In this document: one piece after another, positions 9,591 to 19,196 of the stretch | How the letters are laid out: every line of letters starts with the position of its first letter | Position numbering within the stretch: the stretch's first letter is position 1 | From: an uncultured Collinsella sp. | GTDB taxonomy: Bacteria; Actinomycetota; Coriobacteriia; Coriobacteriales; Coriobacteriaceae | Reading direction: 5' to 3' | Length of the DNA stretch: 64,000 bases | Assembly (NCBI GenBank): GCA_900542945.1 | Contig: UQPI01000001.1 | Span: forward strand, 6,215-70,214 | The notes under the pieces: generated by a model | Seen by the model: only the letters and a program-made list of their open reading frames with translations | The model's database searches: none | Told to the model about the DNA's origin: nothing | Program-made: the position numbers and the translations under genes

Positions 9591-11261
9591 ATGTCTCAAG
9601 AAACCATCCGCGCGGCCGAGCGTGCCGCGGGACAGGTGAACGCCATGTCGACGTATGATCCGGACTCCGACCAGCTGCATGAGGAATGCGGCGTTTTTGG
9701 TGTCTGGGCGCCCGATCGCGACGTGGCTCGACTGACGTACTTTGGCCTGCGTGCACTGCAGCACCGTGGCCAAGAATCGGCGGGAATCGCCGTGGGTGAC
9801 GGCGGTACGGTTATGGTCCGCAAGGATCTGGGCCTGCTCGACCGCGTGTTCTCCAATGCCGACCTGTCGACGCTCTCCGGTCAGCTGGCCGTGGGTCATG
9901 TGCGCTACGGCACCGCCGGCGCCAAGAGCTGGGAAGCCTCTCAGCCGCACCTCTCTACCATCAATAGCGTCATTATCGCGCTCGCGCACAACGGTACCCT
10001 CGTCAACACCGACGAGCTGCGCCGCCAGCTGATCGAGCTGGGCGTGCCGTTCCTCTCCAATTCGGATTCCGAGGTCGCGACCAAGCTCATCGGCTACTTT
10101 ACCCAGCGTACGGGTCACCTGCGCGAGGGCATTCGCAAGACCATGGAGCTCGTGCGTGGCGGTTATGCCATGACGCTCATCAACGAGCAGGCGCTCTACG
10201 CCTTCCGCGATCCGCATGGCATTCGCCCACTGGTGTTGGGCAAGCTGGTGGACGAGGGCCTGGACCAGGCCGATACCGCATCCGTTTCGCAGCTGCCGTC
10301 GCAGGACGGCGCCGCGACGGTTGACGTTGCCACCCATGTCACCCGCGCCGGCGGCTGGGTCGTCGCCTCCGAGACTTGTGCGCTCGACATTGTGGGTGCC
10401 GAGTACGTCCGCGACGTCCGTCCCGGCGAGATTTTGCGCATCAGCGCCGAGGGCCTTGTGTCCGAGCAGGGCGTGCCTGCCGCCGAGGAGCCTGCTAACT
10501 GCATCTTTGAGCAGGTCTACTTCGCTCGCCCCGATTCCATCATGAACGGCAAGAGCGTCTACGCCTGCCGTTATGACATGGGTCGTCAGCTGGCACATGA
10601 GGAGCCCGTCGAGGCCGACCTGGTCATCGGCGTGCCCGACTCCGGCCTGCCGCCCGCGGAGGGCTATTCGCACGAGAGTGGCATTCCCTTTGGTGAGGGC
10701 CTTATCAAGAACCGCTACGTGGGCCGTACGTTTATCGAGCCTACGCAGGAGCTGCGTGCCATGGGCGTGCGTATGAAACTCAACCCGCTGCGCGACAACA
10801 TCGAGGGCAAGCGCCTGGTCGTCATCGACGACTCCATTGTGCGCGGCACCACCATGGTGCAGCTCGTAAAGATGCTGCGCAACGCCGGCGCCAAGGAGAT
10901 TCACATTCGCATCAACTCGCCCGAGGTCATCTGGCCGTGCTTCTACGGTATCGATACCGACGTGCAGTCGCAGCTCATCAGCGCCAACAAGACGGTCGAT
11001 GAGATCTGCGAGTACATTGGCGCCGATTCGCTGGCCTTCCTTTCGGTCGAGGGCCTGCTGAAGGTCATGCCCAAGGGCGGCTACTGCGACGCGTGCTTTA
11101 CCGGCCGCTATCCCGTGGCGATTCCCGAGAGCTTTGGCCGTGACAAGTTCATGGAGGGCTTTAAGCCCCGCAACCTGGACAAGCCGCTGCACTTTGACGA
11201 CGACGCCGTGGTCGAGAAATATGTCGACCGCAGCTGGGAAGAGGAGCACGGCGAGGCCTAA
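9591..11261 (+). CDS. purF: Amidophosphoribosyltransferase
   Basis: Propeptide is followed by the CGVFGV N-terminal nucleophile. The PRTase motif VVIDDSIVRGTT is present. The C-terminal Cys cluster is present. Confidence 0.9.
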   Translation: MSQETIRAAERAAGQVNAMSTYDPDSDQLHEECGVFGVWAPDRDVARLTYFGLRALQHRGQESAGIAVGDGGTVMVRKDLGLLDRVFSNADLSTLSGQLAVGHVRYGTAGAKSWEASQPHLSTINSVIIALAHNGTLVNTDELRRQLIELGVPFLSNSDSEVATKLIGYFTQRTGHLREGIRKTMELVRGGYAMTLINEQALYAFRDPHGIRPLVLGKLVDEGLDQADTASVSQLPSQDGAATVDVATHVTRAGGWVVASETCALDIVGAEYVRDVRPGEILRISAEGLVSEQGVPAAEEPANCIFEQVYFARPDSIMNGKSVYACRYDMGRQLAHEEPVEADLVIGVPDSGLPPAEGYSHESGIPFGEGLIKNRYVGRTFIEPTQELRAMGVRMKLNPLRDNIEGKRLVVIDDSIVRGTTMVQLVKMLRNAGAKEIHIRINSPEVIWPCFYGIDTDVQSQLISANKTVDEICEYIGADSLAFLSVEGLLKVMPKGGYCDACFTGRYPVAIPESFGRDKFMEGFKPRNLDKPLHFDDDAVVEKYVDRSWEEEHGEA

Positions 11262-11416
11262 AACCTGCCATGTAGGGACAGGTTTATTTTGGTAGGTTTT
11301 ACCTGCTGTTTTGTTGATATGACGGCGCGTGCTGTTATGGCGCGCGCCGAAATGGCGCAACTATGAGCACCGTTTGGCGCCTGCTCGTCAGACGGTAGTG
11401 GGAGAGGAAGGCTCAG

Positions 11417-12520
11417 ATGAGCGACAGCAAGCATGTGACGTACGAGGACGCCGGCGTCGATACCGCCGAGGGCGGCCGCGCCGTCGACGCTATTAAGCAG
11501 ATGGTCAAGGACACCAACCGCCCCGAGGTCATCGGCGGCATCGGTGGCTTTGGCGGCCTGTTCTCGGCCGCCGCGCTTAAGGATCTGGAAGACCCGATCC
11601 TGATTAGCGGCACCGACGGCGTGGGCACCAAGCTCGTGCTCGCCCAGATCATGGACCGTCACGAGACGGTGGGCCAGGACTTGGTCGCCATGTGCGTCAA
11701 TGACATTTTGGCTTCGGGCGCCGAGCCGCTGTTCTTCCTGGATTACGTTGCCATCGGTCACATTGAGGCCGAGCACATGGCAAAGATCATCAAGGGTGTG
11801 GCCGACGGCTGCAAGCTCGCGGGCTGCGCGCTCGTGGGCGGCGAGATGGCCGAGCACCCGGGCGTCATGGCCCCCGCCGATTACGACCTCGCTGGCTTTA
11901 CCGTGGGTGTTGTCGATCGTCCCAAGATGCTCGACCCCGCGAACGTTCGCCCCGGCGACGTGATTCTGGGCCTGCCTTCCACCGGCGTGCACTCTAACGG
12001 CTACTCGCTCGTGCGCAAGGTCATCGGCGTCGACGGCATCAAGCCGGGCACGCCCGAGGCCGCCGCTAAGGCCGAGGAGCTGAGCCGCCCGCTCGAGGAG
12101 CTCGGCGGTGCATCGCTGGCAGACGCTCTACTGGCCCCCACGCGCATCTACGTCAAGCCGATCCTTGAGCTGCTGCGCGGTGGCGCCAACGTTCATGCCA
12201 TTGCCCACATCACCGGCGGCGGTATTACCGAGAACCTCAACCGCGCGCTTGCCGACGACGTCGACGCTGTGGTCACCCGCAACGGTGCCGAGATGGGCTG
12301 GGACGTTCCGCCCGTCATCACCTATGTGTCGCGCCAGGCCGAGCTTGCGCCCAACGAGGCATGCAAGACCTTCAACATGGGCGTCGGCCTGTGCCTGATT
12401 GTCGCCCCCGAGGACGAGGCTGCCGTGACCGAGGCCCTGGTCGCGCTGGGCGAGAAGCCGTTCCGCGTGGGCGAGTGCGTCGAGGGTTCCGGTAAGGTCG
12501 TGTACTCCGATGAGCGCTAG
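11417..12520 (+). CDS. purM: Phosphoribosylformylglycinamidine cyclo-ligase (AIR synthetase)
   Basis: IGGIGGFGGLF and GTDGVGTKL signatures. RBS GGGAGAGGAAGG is present. Confidence 0.9.
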   Translation: MSDSKHVTYEDAGVDTAEGGRAVDAIKQMVKDTNRPEVIGGIGGFGGLFSAAALKDLEDPILISGTDGVGTKLVLAQIMDRHETVGQDLVAMCVNDILASGAEPLFFLDYVAIGHIEAEHMAKIIKGVADGCKLAGCALVGGEMAEHPGVMAPADYDLAGFTVGVVDRPKMLDPANVRPGDVILGLPSTGVHSNGYSLVRKVIGVDGIKPGTPEAAAKAEELSRPLEELGGASLADALLAPTRIYVKPILELLRGGANVHAIAHITGGGITENLNRALADDVDAVVTRNGAEMGWDVPPVITYVSRQAELAPNEACKTFNMGVGLCLIVAPEDEAAVTEALVALGEKPFRVGECVEGSGKVVYSDER

Positions 12521-13208
12521 CGAGCAGATGGCTGCTGCCGAGGGCCTGGGCTTTGTGCCCTACACCCGTCCGACCGGCACCGATACGGCCGAGCCGCTCA
12601 AGATTGGCGTGCTTATCAGCGGTTCGGGCACCAACCTACAGGCGCTGATCGACCTTATCGCCGCCGGCAAGCTCAACGCCTCGATTGAGCTTGTAGTGTC
12701 GAGCCGTCCTTCGGCCAAGGGCTTGCAGCGCGCCGAGCGTGCGGGCATCCAGACGCTCACGCTGTCCAAGGATGTCTATGCCGACCCCATCGCGGCTGAC
12801 GGGATCATCGCGCACGAGCTGCTCGAGCGCGGCTGCGAATACGTGGTGATGGCCGGCTACATGCGCATGGTGCACACGCCGCTGCTGGCGGCGTTCCCCA
12901 ATCGCGTGGTTAATCTGCATCCGGCGCTGCTGCCGAGCTTTACCGGCGCGCATGCGATCGACGATGCCTTTGTCCGCGGCGTTAAGGTGACCGGTGTGAC
13001 CGTGCACTTTGCCAACGAGATCTACGACAACGGCCCCATCATCGCCCAGCGCGCGCTGGCTGTCGAGGAAGGCTGGGATGTCGACATGCTCGAGGAGCAC
13101 ATCCATGCGATCGAGCATGTGCTGTATCCCGAGGTCGTGCAGATGCTCGCCGACGGTCGCGTCCACGTGCTGGAGAGCGGCAAGGTCGCAATTGATCCGG
13201 CACGCTAG
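12510..13208 (+). CDS. purN: Phosphoribosylglycinamide formyltransferase
   Basis: IGVLISGSGTNLQALID, VVMAGYMRMV and NLHPALLPSFTG motifs. The start overlaps the purM stop. Confidence 0.85.
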   Translation: MSASEQMAAAEGLGFVPYTRPTGTDTAEPLKIGVLISGSGTNLQALIDLIAAGKLNASIELVVSSRPSAKGLQRAERAGIQTLTLSKDVYADPIAADGIIAHELLERGCEYVVMAGYMRMVHTPLLAAFPNRVVNLHPALLPSFTGAHAIDDAFVRGVKVTGVTVHFANEIYDNGPIIAQRALAVEEGWDVDMLEEHIHAIEHVLYPEVVQMLADGRVHVLESGKVAIDPAR

Positions 13209-13351
13209 TCGTGTGTAAGAGGGCTCATTGAGCGTTCTTTGGGACGTAAGCGATCTAGAAAATCTGATAGGGCCCTGTCCGTGCGCGGGCGGGGCCCTTT
13301 TGTGTGGTCTACTCTACTTGCTATACTGCTAGCAAGTAGAGAGGAGCCGCT

Positions 13352-13696
13352 ATGGGTACAGCAACGGTGCAGCTCAACACACGAATCGACCCTATGCTCA
13401 AGGCCGGTGGCGATGCGGTCCTGACTCGTAATGGGCTGGGGCCGAGTGACGCCATTCGTGCGCTTTGGACCTATCTTGCCGAGCATCAAACGTTGCCGGG
13501 ATTTATGGTGACGGATAAGTGCGAGACGCCCCGTGCGAAGAGTCTTGCCGAACAGGGGTGTGGTCTGGCTTTTTCCTCATTGGGGTTGAGCTTCTCAGAT
13601 TTTGCGCCAGGCGAATCATCGGCGGACAACTGGGATGCCGTACGCGATGATATGTATGACGCGATGATTGCCGACATAGAGGCGAATTGCCGATGA
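13352..13696 (+). CDS. RelB/DinJ-family antitoxin
   Basis: VQLNTRIDPMLKAGGDAVLTRNGLGPSDAIRALWTYLAEH is a typical DinJ/RelB N-terminal RHH domain. It overlaps the downstream PIN gene. Confidence 0.7.
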   Translation: MGTATVQLNTRIDPMLKAGGDAVLTRNGLGPSDAIRALWTYLAEHQTLPGFMVTDKCETPRAKSLAEQGCGLAFSSLGLSFSDFAPGESSADNWDAVRDDMYDAMIADIEANCR

Positions 13697-14160
13697 TTGA
13701 GGCAAAGCGGCTCTTGGTGGACACGAATGTTTGGCTTGATTACTACCTGCAAGAGGGCGCATTCGACAACGTGAGAAGATTGGTTGAACTGGCCGAAGCG
13801 GGAAAGATCGACCTTCTGTACGCGCCAACGACGGCAAAGGACGTGTTCTACATCTTGCCTCGGCGTCTAGCTCGACGGAATGTGAATGGGATTAACGCTT
13901 CGTTCGGTCCGGCTGCATGGGCATGCGTCGAGCATATGATGCAGGTGGCAACGGCTTCCCCGCTTTCGATGGCGGAGTGCGAGATGGCGCGCATGCTTGG
14001 CAAGCGCATGCCGGACCTCGAGGACAATCTCATTATCGCCTCGGGCGATACGGCGGATGTTGACTACGTAGTCACGAGCGACCGACGCATGTTGGAGACG
14101 ATGCCCGAGGTATGCTTGACGCCCGCGCGCGCACTCGAGCTCATCGGGATCCTCGGCTGA
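13693..14160 (+). CDS. PIN-domain toxin (VapC-like)
   Basis: LLVDTNVWLDYY is the PIN motif with conserved Asp. It is translationally coupled to the antitoxin. Confidence 0.7.
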   Translation: MIEAKRLLVDTNVWLDYYLQEGAFDNVRRLVELAEAGKIDLLYAPTTAKDVFYILPRRLARRNVNGINASFGPAAWACVEHMMQVATASPLSMAECEMARMLGKRMPDLEDNLIIASGDTADVDYVVTSDRRMLETMPEVCLTPARALELIGILG

Positions 14161-14225
14161 CCTTGCATACCCCGTTTCGCTATCATATTGAGCATTGTGG
14201 CCCTCATGCAACTTTGGAGGACGGT

Positions 14226-14690
14226 ATGGCGGATAACGAAGCACTGTTTACGCCTGAGCTGGTGTTTTTTGATTGGGAGTGCGCGACGCCCGCCGAGGTG
14301 TTTGCGCGACTCGAAGGCGAACTTGCCCCACGCGGCTACATTGGCACCGGTTGGCTCGACGCCGTCCGCACGCGCGAGGATGCCTATCCCACGGGGCTTG
14401 CCATGCCGGCGGCCAACATTGCCATCCCGCATACCGATCCGGGGTTTGTGGCTAAGCCCTACATCGCGGTGGTGAAGCCGGCCACGCCCGTGACATTCAA
14501 TGCTATGGCGGGCATGGGTGCCCCTGTGCCGGCGCAGATCGTCATCAATTTGGGCATTGCCGAGCCGGGCGGCCAGGTCGAGGCCCTGCAAGCGCTCATG
14601 AATATCTTTATGGACGCGGACGTCGCAGCCGATGTGCTCGGCCAGACCACGCCCCAAGGCATGGTCGACGCCATCCGCCGCCACTTTTAA
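14226..14690 (+). CDS. PTS EIIA type-2 domain protein (fructose/mannitol/Ntr-type)
   Basis: LAMPAANIAIPHTD contains the phosphorylatable His motif. The overall EIIA-2 layout is present. GGAGG RBS precedes the ATG at 14226. The ORF-track N-terminal extension is unlikely to be real. Confidence 0.6.
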   Translation: MADNEALFTPELVFFDWECATPAEVFARLEGELAPRGYIGTGWLDAVRTREDAYPTGLAMPAANIAIPHTDPGFVAKPYIAVVKPATPVTFNAMAGMGAPVPAQIVINLGIAEPGGQVEALQALMNIFMDADVAADVLGQTTPQGMVDAIRRHF

Positions 14691-14824
14691 AGCCGGCACT
14701 TGGGGACTGTCCCTAACTGCCGGCAGAAAAGGAACGTCCCCAAGTGCCAGGGTTGCCCCTTTGTCGCGGGGGCTGCGTTGTGACACAATGGCGTTTGTTC
14801 GATTCGTGATGCGAAAGGCCAACT

Positions 14825-16045
14825 ATGGCAAACAAGAAAAAGAACTCCGAGGCCGTACCGACGCCCGAGCAGCAGGCCCGCGCCGCGTCGAGCTCTCGTA
14901 AGAAGCAGCGCAAGACGTACGTGTCTAAGACCGTCAAGATCGTTCTGGTGGTCATCGGCGTGCTGGCGATGCTGCTTTCCGTCTCGGCCATGGCATGCTC
15001 CGGCCTTATGTCGCAGGCAGAGGATACCTCGGGCTACAAGCTTACCGGCGGTGTGGCTGCCACTATCAACGGCACCAACCTCACCGAGGACACCGTGACC
15101 AAGCAGATCATGAGCATGCGCACGTCCTACGGCTACACCAAGGACAAGGACTGGGCGCAGTATCTGGTCGACAACGACCTCACGCCCAAAAAATATCGCA
15201 AGCAGCTCATCGACTCCTACACGCAGCAGATTCTGCTTCAGCAAGCGCAGAAGGAAAACGGCGTGACCGTCTCGGACGAGGAGGTCGAGAAGGCCTGGAA
15301 GGACGCCTGCAAGAGCGCCGGCGGCGCCAAGGCCTTTAAGAAGACCCTTAAGACCTACGGCTATACCGAGGACACCTACAAAGACTCGCTCAAGGAGAAC
15401 CTGGCACAGCAAAAGCTTAAGGACGCCGTGGCGCCCACCAGCAAGCCCAAGGACAGCGAGATCGTCGATTACATCAACGAGAACCTGTCTAACTACAACG
15501 ATGCCCGCCGCTCGTCGAACATCCTGATCAAGGTTGATTCCGACGCATCTGACGAGGACAAGGCCGCCGCCAAGGCCAAGGCGCAGGAGTGCCTGGACAA
15601 GATCAACTCCGGCGAGCTGAGCTTTGAGGACGCCGTGGAGCAGTACTCCGACGACACCGGCTCCAAGGAGAAGAAGGGCGATGTGGGTTGGGATAAGCTC
15701 ACCACCTTCGTCGACAGCTACCAGACGGCGCTCGAGGGGCTCAACAAGGGCGATGTGAGCGACGTGGTCGAGTCGACGTACGGCTACCACATCATCAAAT
15801 GCACCGACTACTTCCACGTTGATAACCAGGTTGATGACATCAACCAGGTGCCCAAGGCCATCAAAAAGTACGTTTCCAACGTGGTGAAGACGCAGGCAGA
15901 GAGCACTGCGTACAGCGAGTGGCTGGAGCAGTACAAGAAGGACGCCGACATTACCGTCAACCCCATGCCCAAGGATGTGCCCTACAACGTGAGCCTGAAG
16001 GGCGTTACCAAGAGCTCGACCGACGATTCGTCGACGACTGAGTAA
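14825..16045 (+). CDS. Parvulin-type peptidyl-prolyl isomerase / foldase (PrsA/SurA-like) with N-terminal membrane anchor
   Basis: N-terminal TM segment. SurA-like chaperone region. Parvulin signature ...GDVSDVVESTYGYHIIKC. Confidence 0.75.
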   Translation: MANKKKNSEAVPTPEQQARAASSSRKKQRKTYVSKTVKIVLVVIGVLAMLLSVSAMACSGLMSQAEDTSGYKLTGGVAATINGTNLTEDTVTKQIMSMRTSYGYTKDKDWAQYLVDNDLTPKKYRKQLIDSYTQQILLQQAQKENGVTVSDEEVEKAWKDACKSAGGAKAFKKTLKTYGYTEDTYKDSLKENLAQQKLKDAVAPTSKPKDSEIVDYINENLSNYNDARRSSNILIKVDSDASDEDKAAAKAKAQECLDKINSGELSFEDAVEQYSDDTGSKEKKGDVGWDKLTTFVDSYQTALEGLNKGDVSDVVESTYGYHIIKCTDYFHVDNQVDDINQVPKAIKKYVSNVVKTQAESTAYSEWLEQYKKDADITVNPMPKDVPYNVSLKGVTKSSTDDSSTTE

Positions 16046-16099
16046 TCATGGGACGGTGCTCGTGCGAGTGCCGCCCGCGCTATTGAGGAGGATTTGCAG

Positions 16100-16543
16100 A
16101 TGACCAACGAAGAGCTGCAGCAGGAAATGATCGCCGCCATGAAGGCCAAGGATAAGGTTCGCCTGTCCATCATTCGCCAGGTTAAGGCCGAAGTGAAGAA
16201 CATCGAGGTCAACGAGCGTCGCGATGTGACCGAGGAAGACGTCAACAGCATGATCAAGCGTCTGATTAAGCAGACGAGCGAGACGCTGGAGATGTCCATC
16301 AAGGCCGGCACCGACCAGGAGCGTACCGACAACCTGACCGAGCAGGTCAAGATTCTGGAGAGCCTGCTGCCCGCGCAGGTTTCGGGCAAGGAGCTCGAGG
16401 CTCTGATCGAGCAGGTCATCGCCGAGCTGGGCGCCACGTCCAAGAAGCAGATGGGCCAGGTCATGGGGGCGCTCGGCAAAGCCACCGGCGGCAACTTCGA
16501 CAAGCCTGCGGCGGCAAAGATCGTCGGTGCCAAGCTTGCCTAA
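16100..16543 (+). CDS. GatB/YqeY domain protein
   Basis: Full-length YqeY-like sequence (LQQEMIAAMKAKDKVRLSIIRQVKAEVKN ... QMGQVMGALGKATGGNFDKPAAAKIVGAKL). Confidence 0.8.
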   Translation: MTNEELQQEMIAAMKAKDKVRLSIIRQVKAEVKNIEVNERRDVTEEDVNSMIKRLIKQTSETLEMSIKAGTDQERTDNLTEQVKILESLLPAQVSGKELEALIEQVIAELGATSKKQMGQVMGALGKATGGNFDKPAAAKIVGAKLA

Positions 16544-16617
16544 GGGCCGATCGACACATAGCTGATAGCGAGGGGCGCCGACCACGTGGTCGCGCCCCTT
16601 TTTTGATGGCAGCTGAA

Positions 16618-16705
16618 GGGCACTCATTGGGGACAGACTTAAATGAGTACCCAACGAGCGGGTACTCATTTAAGTCTGTCCCCAATGAACGCCAATGAGT
16701 GGGTG
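16618..16705. repeat. ~90-nt near-perfect palindrome (28-bp perfect stem, 7-nt loop, extended outer stem)
   Basis: CATTGGGGACAGACTTAAATGAGTACCC aacgagc GGGTACTCATTTAAGTCTGTCCCCAATG with flanking GCACTCATTGG / CCAATGAGTG complementarity. It lies between the yqeY terminator and the ABC operon. Confidence 0.8.
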
Positions 16706-16805
16706 GAAGATTGCGGGTTCTTTACGGGAATGCAGTGTGGGCTGCGGAAACGTGGTTCTTTCCGTACAATAGTGCAATTCGTGTAAGCGCAGGGAAGGGA
16801 CATTC

Positions 16806-17537
16806 ATGGCAGACATGATCGAGATCAAGCATCTCAACAAGTACTTTGGCGACCTGCATGTGCTCAAAGATATCAACCTCACCGTCAAGCGCGGCGAGAA
16901 GCTCGTAATGATCGGGCCCTCTGGTTCGGGTAAGTCGACGCTCATCCGCTGCGTCGATTATCTTGAGGAGCCTACGTCGGGTGAGGTCATCATCGACGGT
17001 ACGCCGCTCACCAAAAAGAACCACCTGGAGATGGCTCGCAAGTATAGTTCCATGGTGTTTCAGCAGTTCAACCTGTATCCCAACATGACGGTGCTGGGCA
17101 ACCTGACGCTCGCGCCCATCAAGCTGCAAAAGAAGAGCAAGGAGGAGGCGACCGAGATCGCCATCGCCGCGCTCAAGCGCGTCGGCATGGCGCATAAGGC
17201 CGGCGAGTATCCGCAGAATCTCTCGGGCGGTCAGCAGCAGCGCATCGCCATCGCCCGTGCCCTGTGCACCAAGCAGCCTATTATCCTGTTTGACGAACCG
17301 ACCTCGGCGCTCGACCCCGAGATGGTCCAGGAAGTCCTGGACGTTATGATCGAGCTTGCGCAGGAGGATATCACCATGATCTGCGTGACGCACGAGATGG
17401 GCTTTGCGCGCCAGGTGGCCGACCGCGTCATCTTTATGGAGGACGGCCGCATTCTGGAGGAGGGCACGCCCGAGCACTTCTTCGATAACCCCGAGAACCC
17501 GCGCTGCCGCGAGTTCCTGTCCAAGATTCTGCACTAG
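16806..17537 (+). CDS. Polar amino-acid ABC transporter ATP-binding protein
   Basis: Walker [18 protein letters not shown] signature and Walker [12 protein letters not shown]. Confidence 0.9.
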   Translation: MADMIEIKHLNKYFGDLHVLKDINLTVKRGEKLVMIGPSGSGKSTLIRCVDYLEEPTSGEVIIDGTPLTKKNHLEMARKYSSMVFQQFNLYPNMTVLGNLTLAPIKLQKKSKEEATEIAIAALKRVGMAHKAGEYPQNLSGGQQQRIAIARALCTKQPIILFDEPTSALDPEMVQEVLDVMIELAQEDITMICVTHEMGFARQVADRVIFMEDGRILEEGTPEHFFDNPENPRCREFLSKILH

Positions 17538-17542
17538 GCGCG

Positions 17543-18421
17543 GTGATGGACATGACGGATATGACGAGGGCGGCCGTGTCGCGCCGTCACTTTTTGCAGC
17601 TGGCGGGCGCCGGCATGCTTGCGCTGACGGGGACCGCGCTTACCGGTTGCGGCAACTCCACCAGCGGCGAGGGCTCCGACAAGGGGTCCAAGCTTGCGGC
17701 CATCAAGTCGCGTGGCCATCTGAATGCCGGCGTTAAGAAGGACGTTCCCGGCTACGGTTATTACGACACCGCCAAGGGCCGCTTTGAGGGCATGGAAGTC
17801 GATTTGTGCTACCAGATCGCCGCTGCCGTCTTTGGCGTGAGCTACAAGGAGGCCCGCGCCCAGGAGCTTGTCGAGTTTACCGACGTAACGCCCAAGACGC
17901 GCGGCCCGCTGATCGATAATGGCCAACTCGACGTGGTCGCGGCGACCTATACCATCACCGACGAGCGCAAGAAGAGCTGGGATTTCTCGACGCCGTACCG
18001 TACCGACTACGTGGGACTCATGGTCAAGAAGCGTTCGGGCTTCACCTCGATTGAAGACCTGAACGGCAAGGTCATTGGCGTGAGCCAGGGCGCCACCACG
18101 CAGGGCCTGATCGAGCAGATGATCAAGGACAACGGCTTTAGCTGCAAGCCCGAGTTTAGGGCCTTTAGCGGCTACCCCATCATCAAGAGTTCGCTCGACG
18201 CCGGCAATATCGACGTCTTTGCCATGGACCGCTCCACGCTGGCCGGATACATGAACGAGACCGTTGAGCTGCTGCAACCCGAGGTCAAGTTTGGCGAGCA
18301 GGGCTACGGCGTGGCGACCAAGAAGGGCTGCGACCTTTCGGCCGTGGTCGATCAGGTGATTTGCGATCGCCTGGCCGACGGCTGGCTCGACCAAGAGGTC
18401 AAGACCTGGGGTCTTGTATAG
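17543..18421 (+). CDS. Amino-acid ABC transporter substrate-binding lipoprotein (Tat/lipobox signal)
   Basis: SRRHFLQLAGAGMLALTGTALTGCGN is a Tat-like signal ending in a lipobox. It has a family 3 SBP fold. Confidence 0.8.
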   Translation: MMDMTDMTRAAVSRRHFLQLAGAGMLALTGTALTGCGNSTSGEGSDKGSKLAAIKSRGHLNAGVKKDVPGYGYYDTAKGRFEGMEVDLCYQIAAAVFGVSYKEARAQELVEFTDVTPKTRGPLIDNGQLDVVAATYTITDERKKSWDFSTPYRTDYVGLMVKKRSGFTSIEDLNGKVIGVSQGATTQGLIEQMIKDNGFSCKPEFRAFSGYPIIKSSLDAGNIDVFAMDRSTLAGYMNETVELLQPEVKFGEQGYGVATKKGCDLSAVVDQVICDRLADGWLDQEVKTWGLV

Positions 18422-18446
18422 GCACATCGTCCAAGGAAGGAATCAA

Positions 18447-19193
18447 ATGCTCGAAGGATTATTTGACGCCGACCGTTGGTCGACGACATTTCAAAACATG
18501 GGGCCCTTCTGGGAGGGCTTTGGCGTGACGCTGCAGGTGGTCGTTGCCGGCCTGCTGCTGTCGCTGGTGCTGGGCACGCTGCTGGGCGTGTTCTCGACCA
18601 CCCGTTCGCGCGTGCTGCGCGCCATCAGCCGCGTGTACGTGGAGTTTTACCAGAACACCCCGTTGCCCGTACAGGTGCTCTTTATGTACATGGCCGGTCC
18701 GCAGTTTTTGCAGGCCATAACCGGTGCCGACCAGCCGGTGCGCATCGCGCCGTTCGTGCTGGGCTTCTTGGGCGTGGGTCTGTATCACGCGGCCTACATT
18801 TCGGAGGTCATCCGCACTGGTATCGAGGCGGTTCCGCGCGGTCAGATGGAGGCGGCCCAGAGCCAGGGCTTCACCCGTGCGCAGGCCTACTGGTACATCG
18901 TGCTGCCCCAGACGTTCAAGATCATTTTGCCGCCGCTGTGCAACCAGGCACTCAACCTGGTCAAGAACACGTCGGTGCTGGCGCTCGTGGCGGGCGGCGA
19001 CCTTATGTACCGTTCCGACAACTTTGTGAGTCTGTACGGCTACCTGCAGGGATACATCGTCTGCTGCCTTATGTATTTCATCATCTGCTTTCCGCTCGCC
19101 ATGCTGGTGCAGTGGCTCGAGCGCCGCTCCAAGGAGCGTCCGCGCGGCGTGAGCCTGGCCGAGCTGGGGCTCGACAACGTAGAGGAGGCCTAG
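18447..19193 (+). CDS. Amino-acid ABC transporter permease
   Basis: His/Glu/Gln/Arg/opine-family permease with EAA-like loop. RBS AAGGAAGG is present. Confidence 0.8.
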   Translation: MLEGLFDADRWSTTFQNMGPFWEGFGVTLQVVVAGLLLSLVLGTLLGVFSTTRSRVLRAISRVYVEFYQNTPLPVQVLFMYMAGPQFLQAITGADQPVRIAPFVLGFLGVGLYHAAYISEVIRTGIEAVPRGQMEAAQSQGFTRAQAYWYIVLPQTFKIILPPLCNQALNLVKNTSVLALVAGGDLMYRSDNFVSLYGYLQGYIVCCLMYFIICFPLAMLVQWLERRSKERPRGVSLAELGLDNVEEA

Positions 19194-19196
19194 CGC

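Noticed and set aside
9513-11360. Long antisense ORFs (e.g. 9513-11360, 4144-5799, 1396-2451, 39971-41902, 62305-63621, 26047-26997, 27303-28808, 21376-22368) overlapping well-supported genes
   Set aside because: High-GC shadow frames. Their translations are Arg/Ala/Gly-rich with no motifs, while the sense-strand genes have clear family signatures and RBSs.
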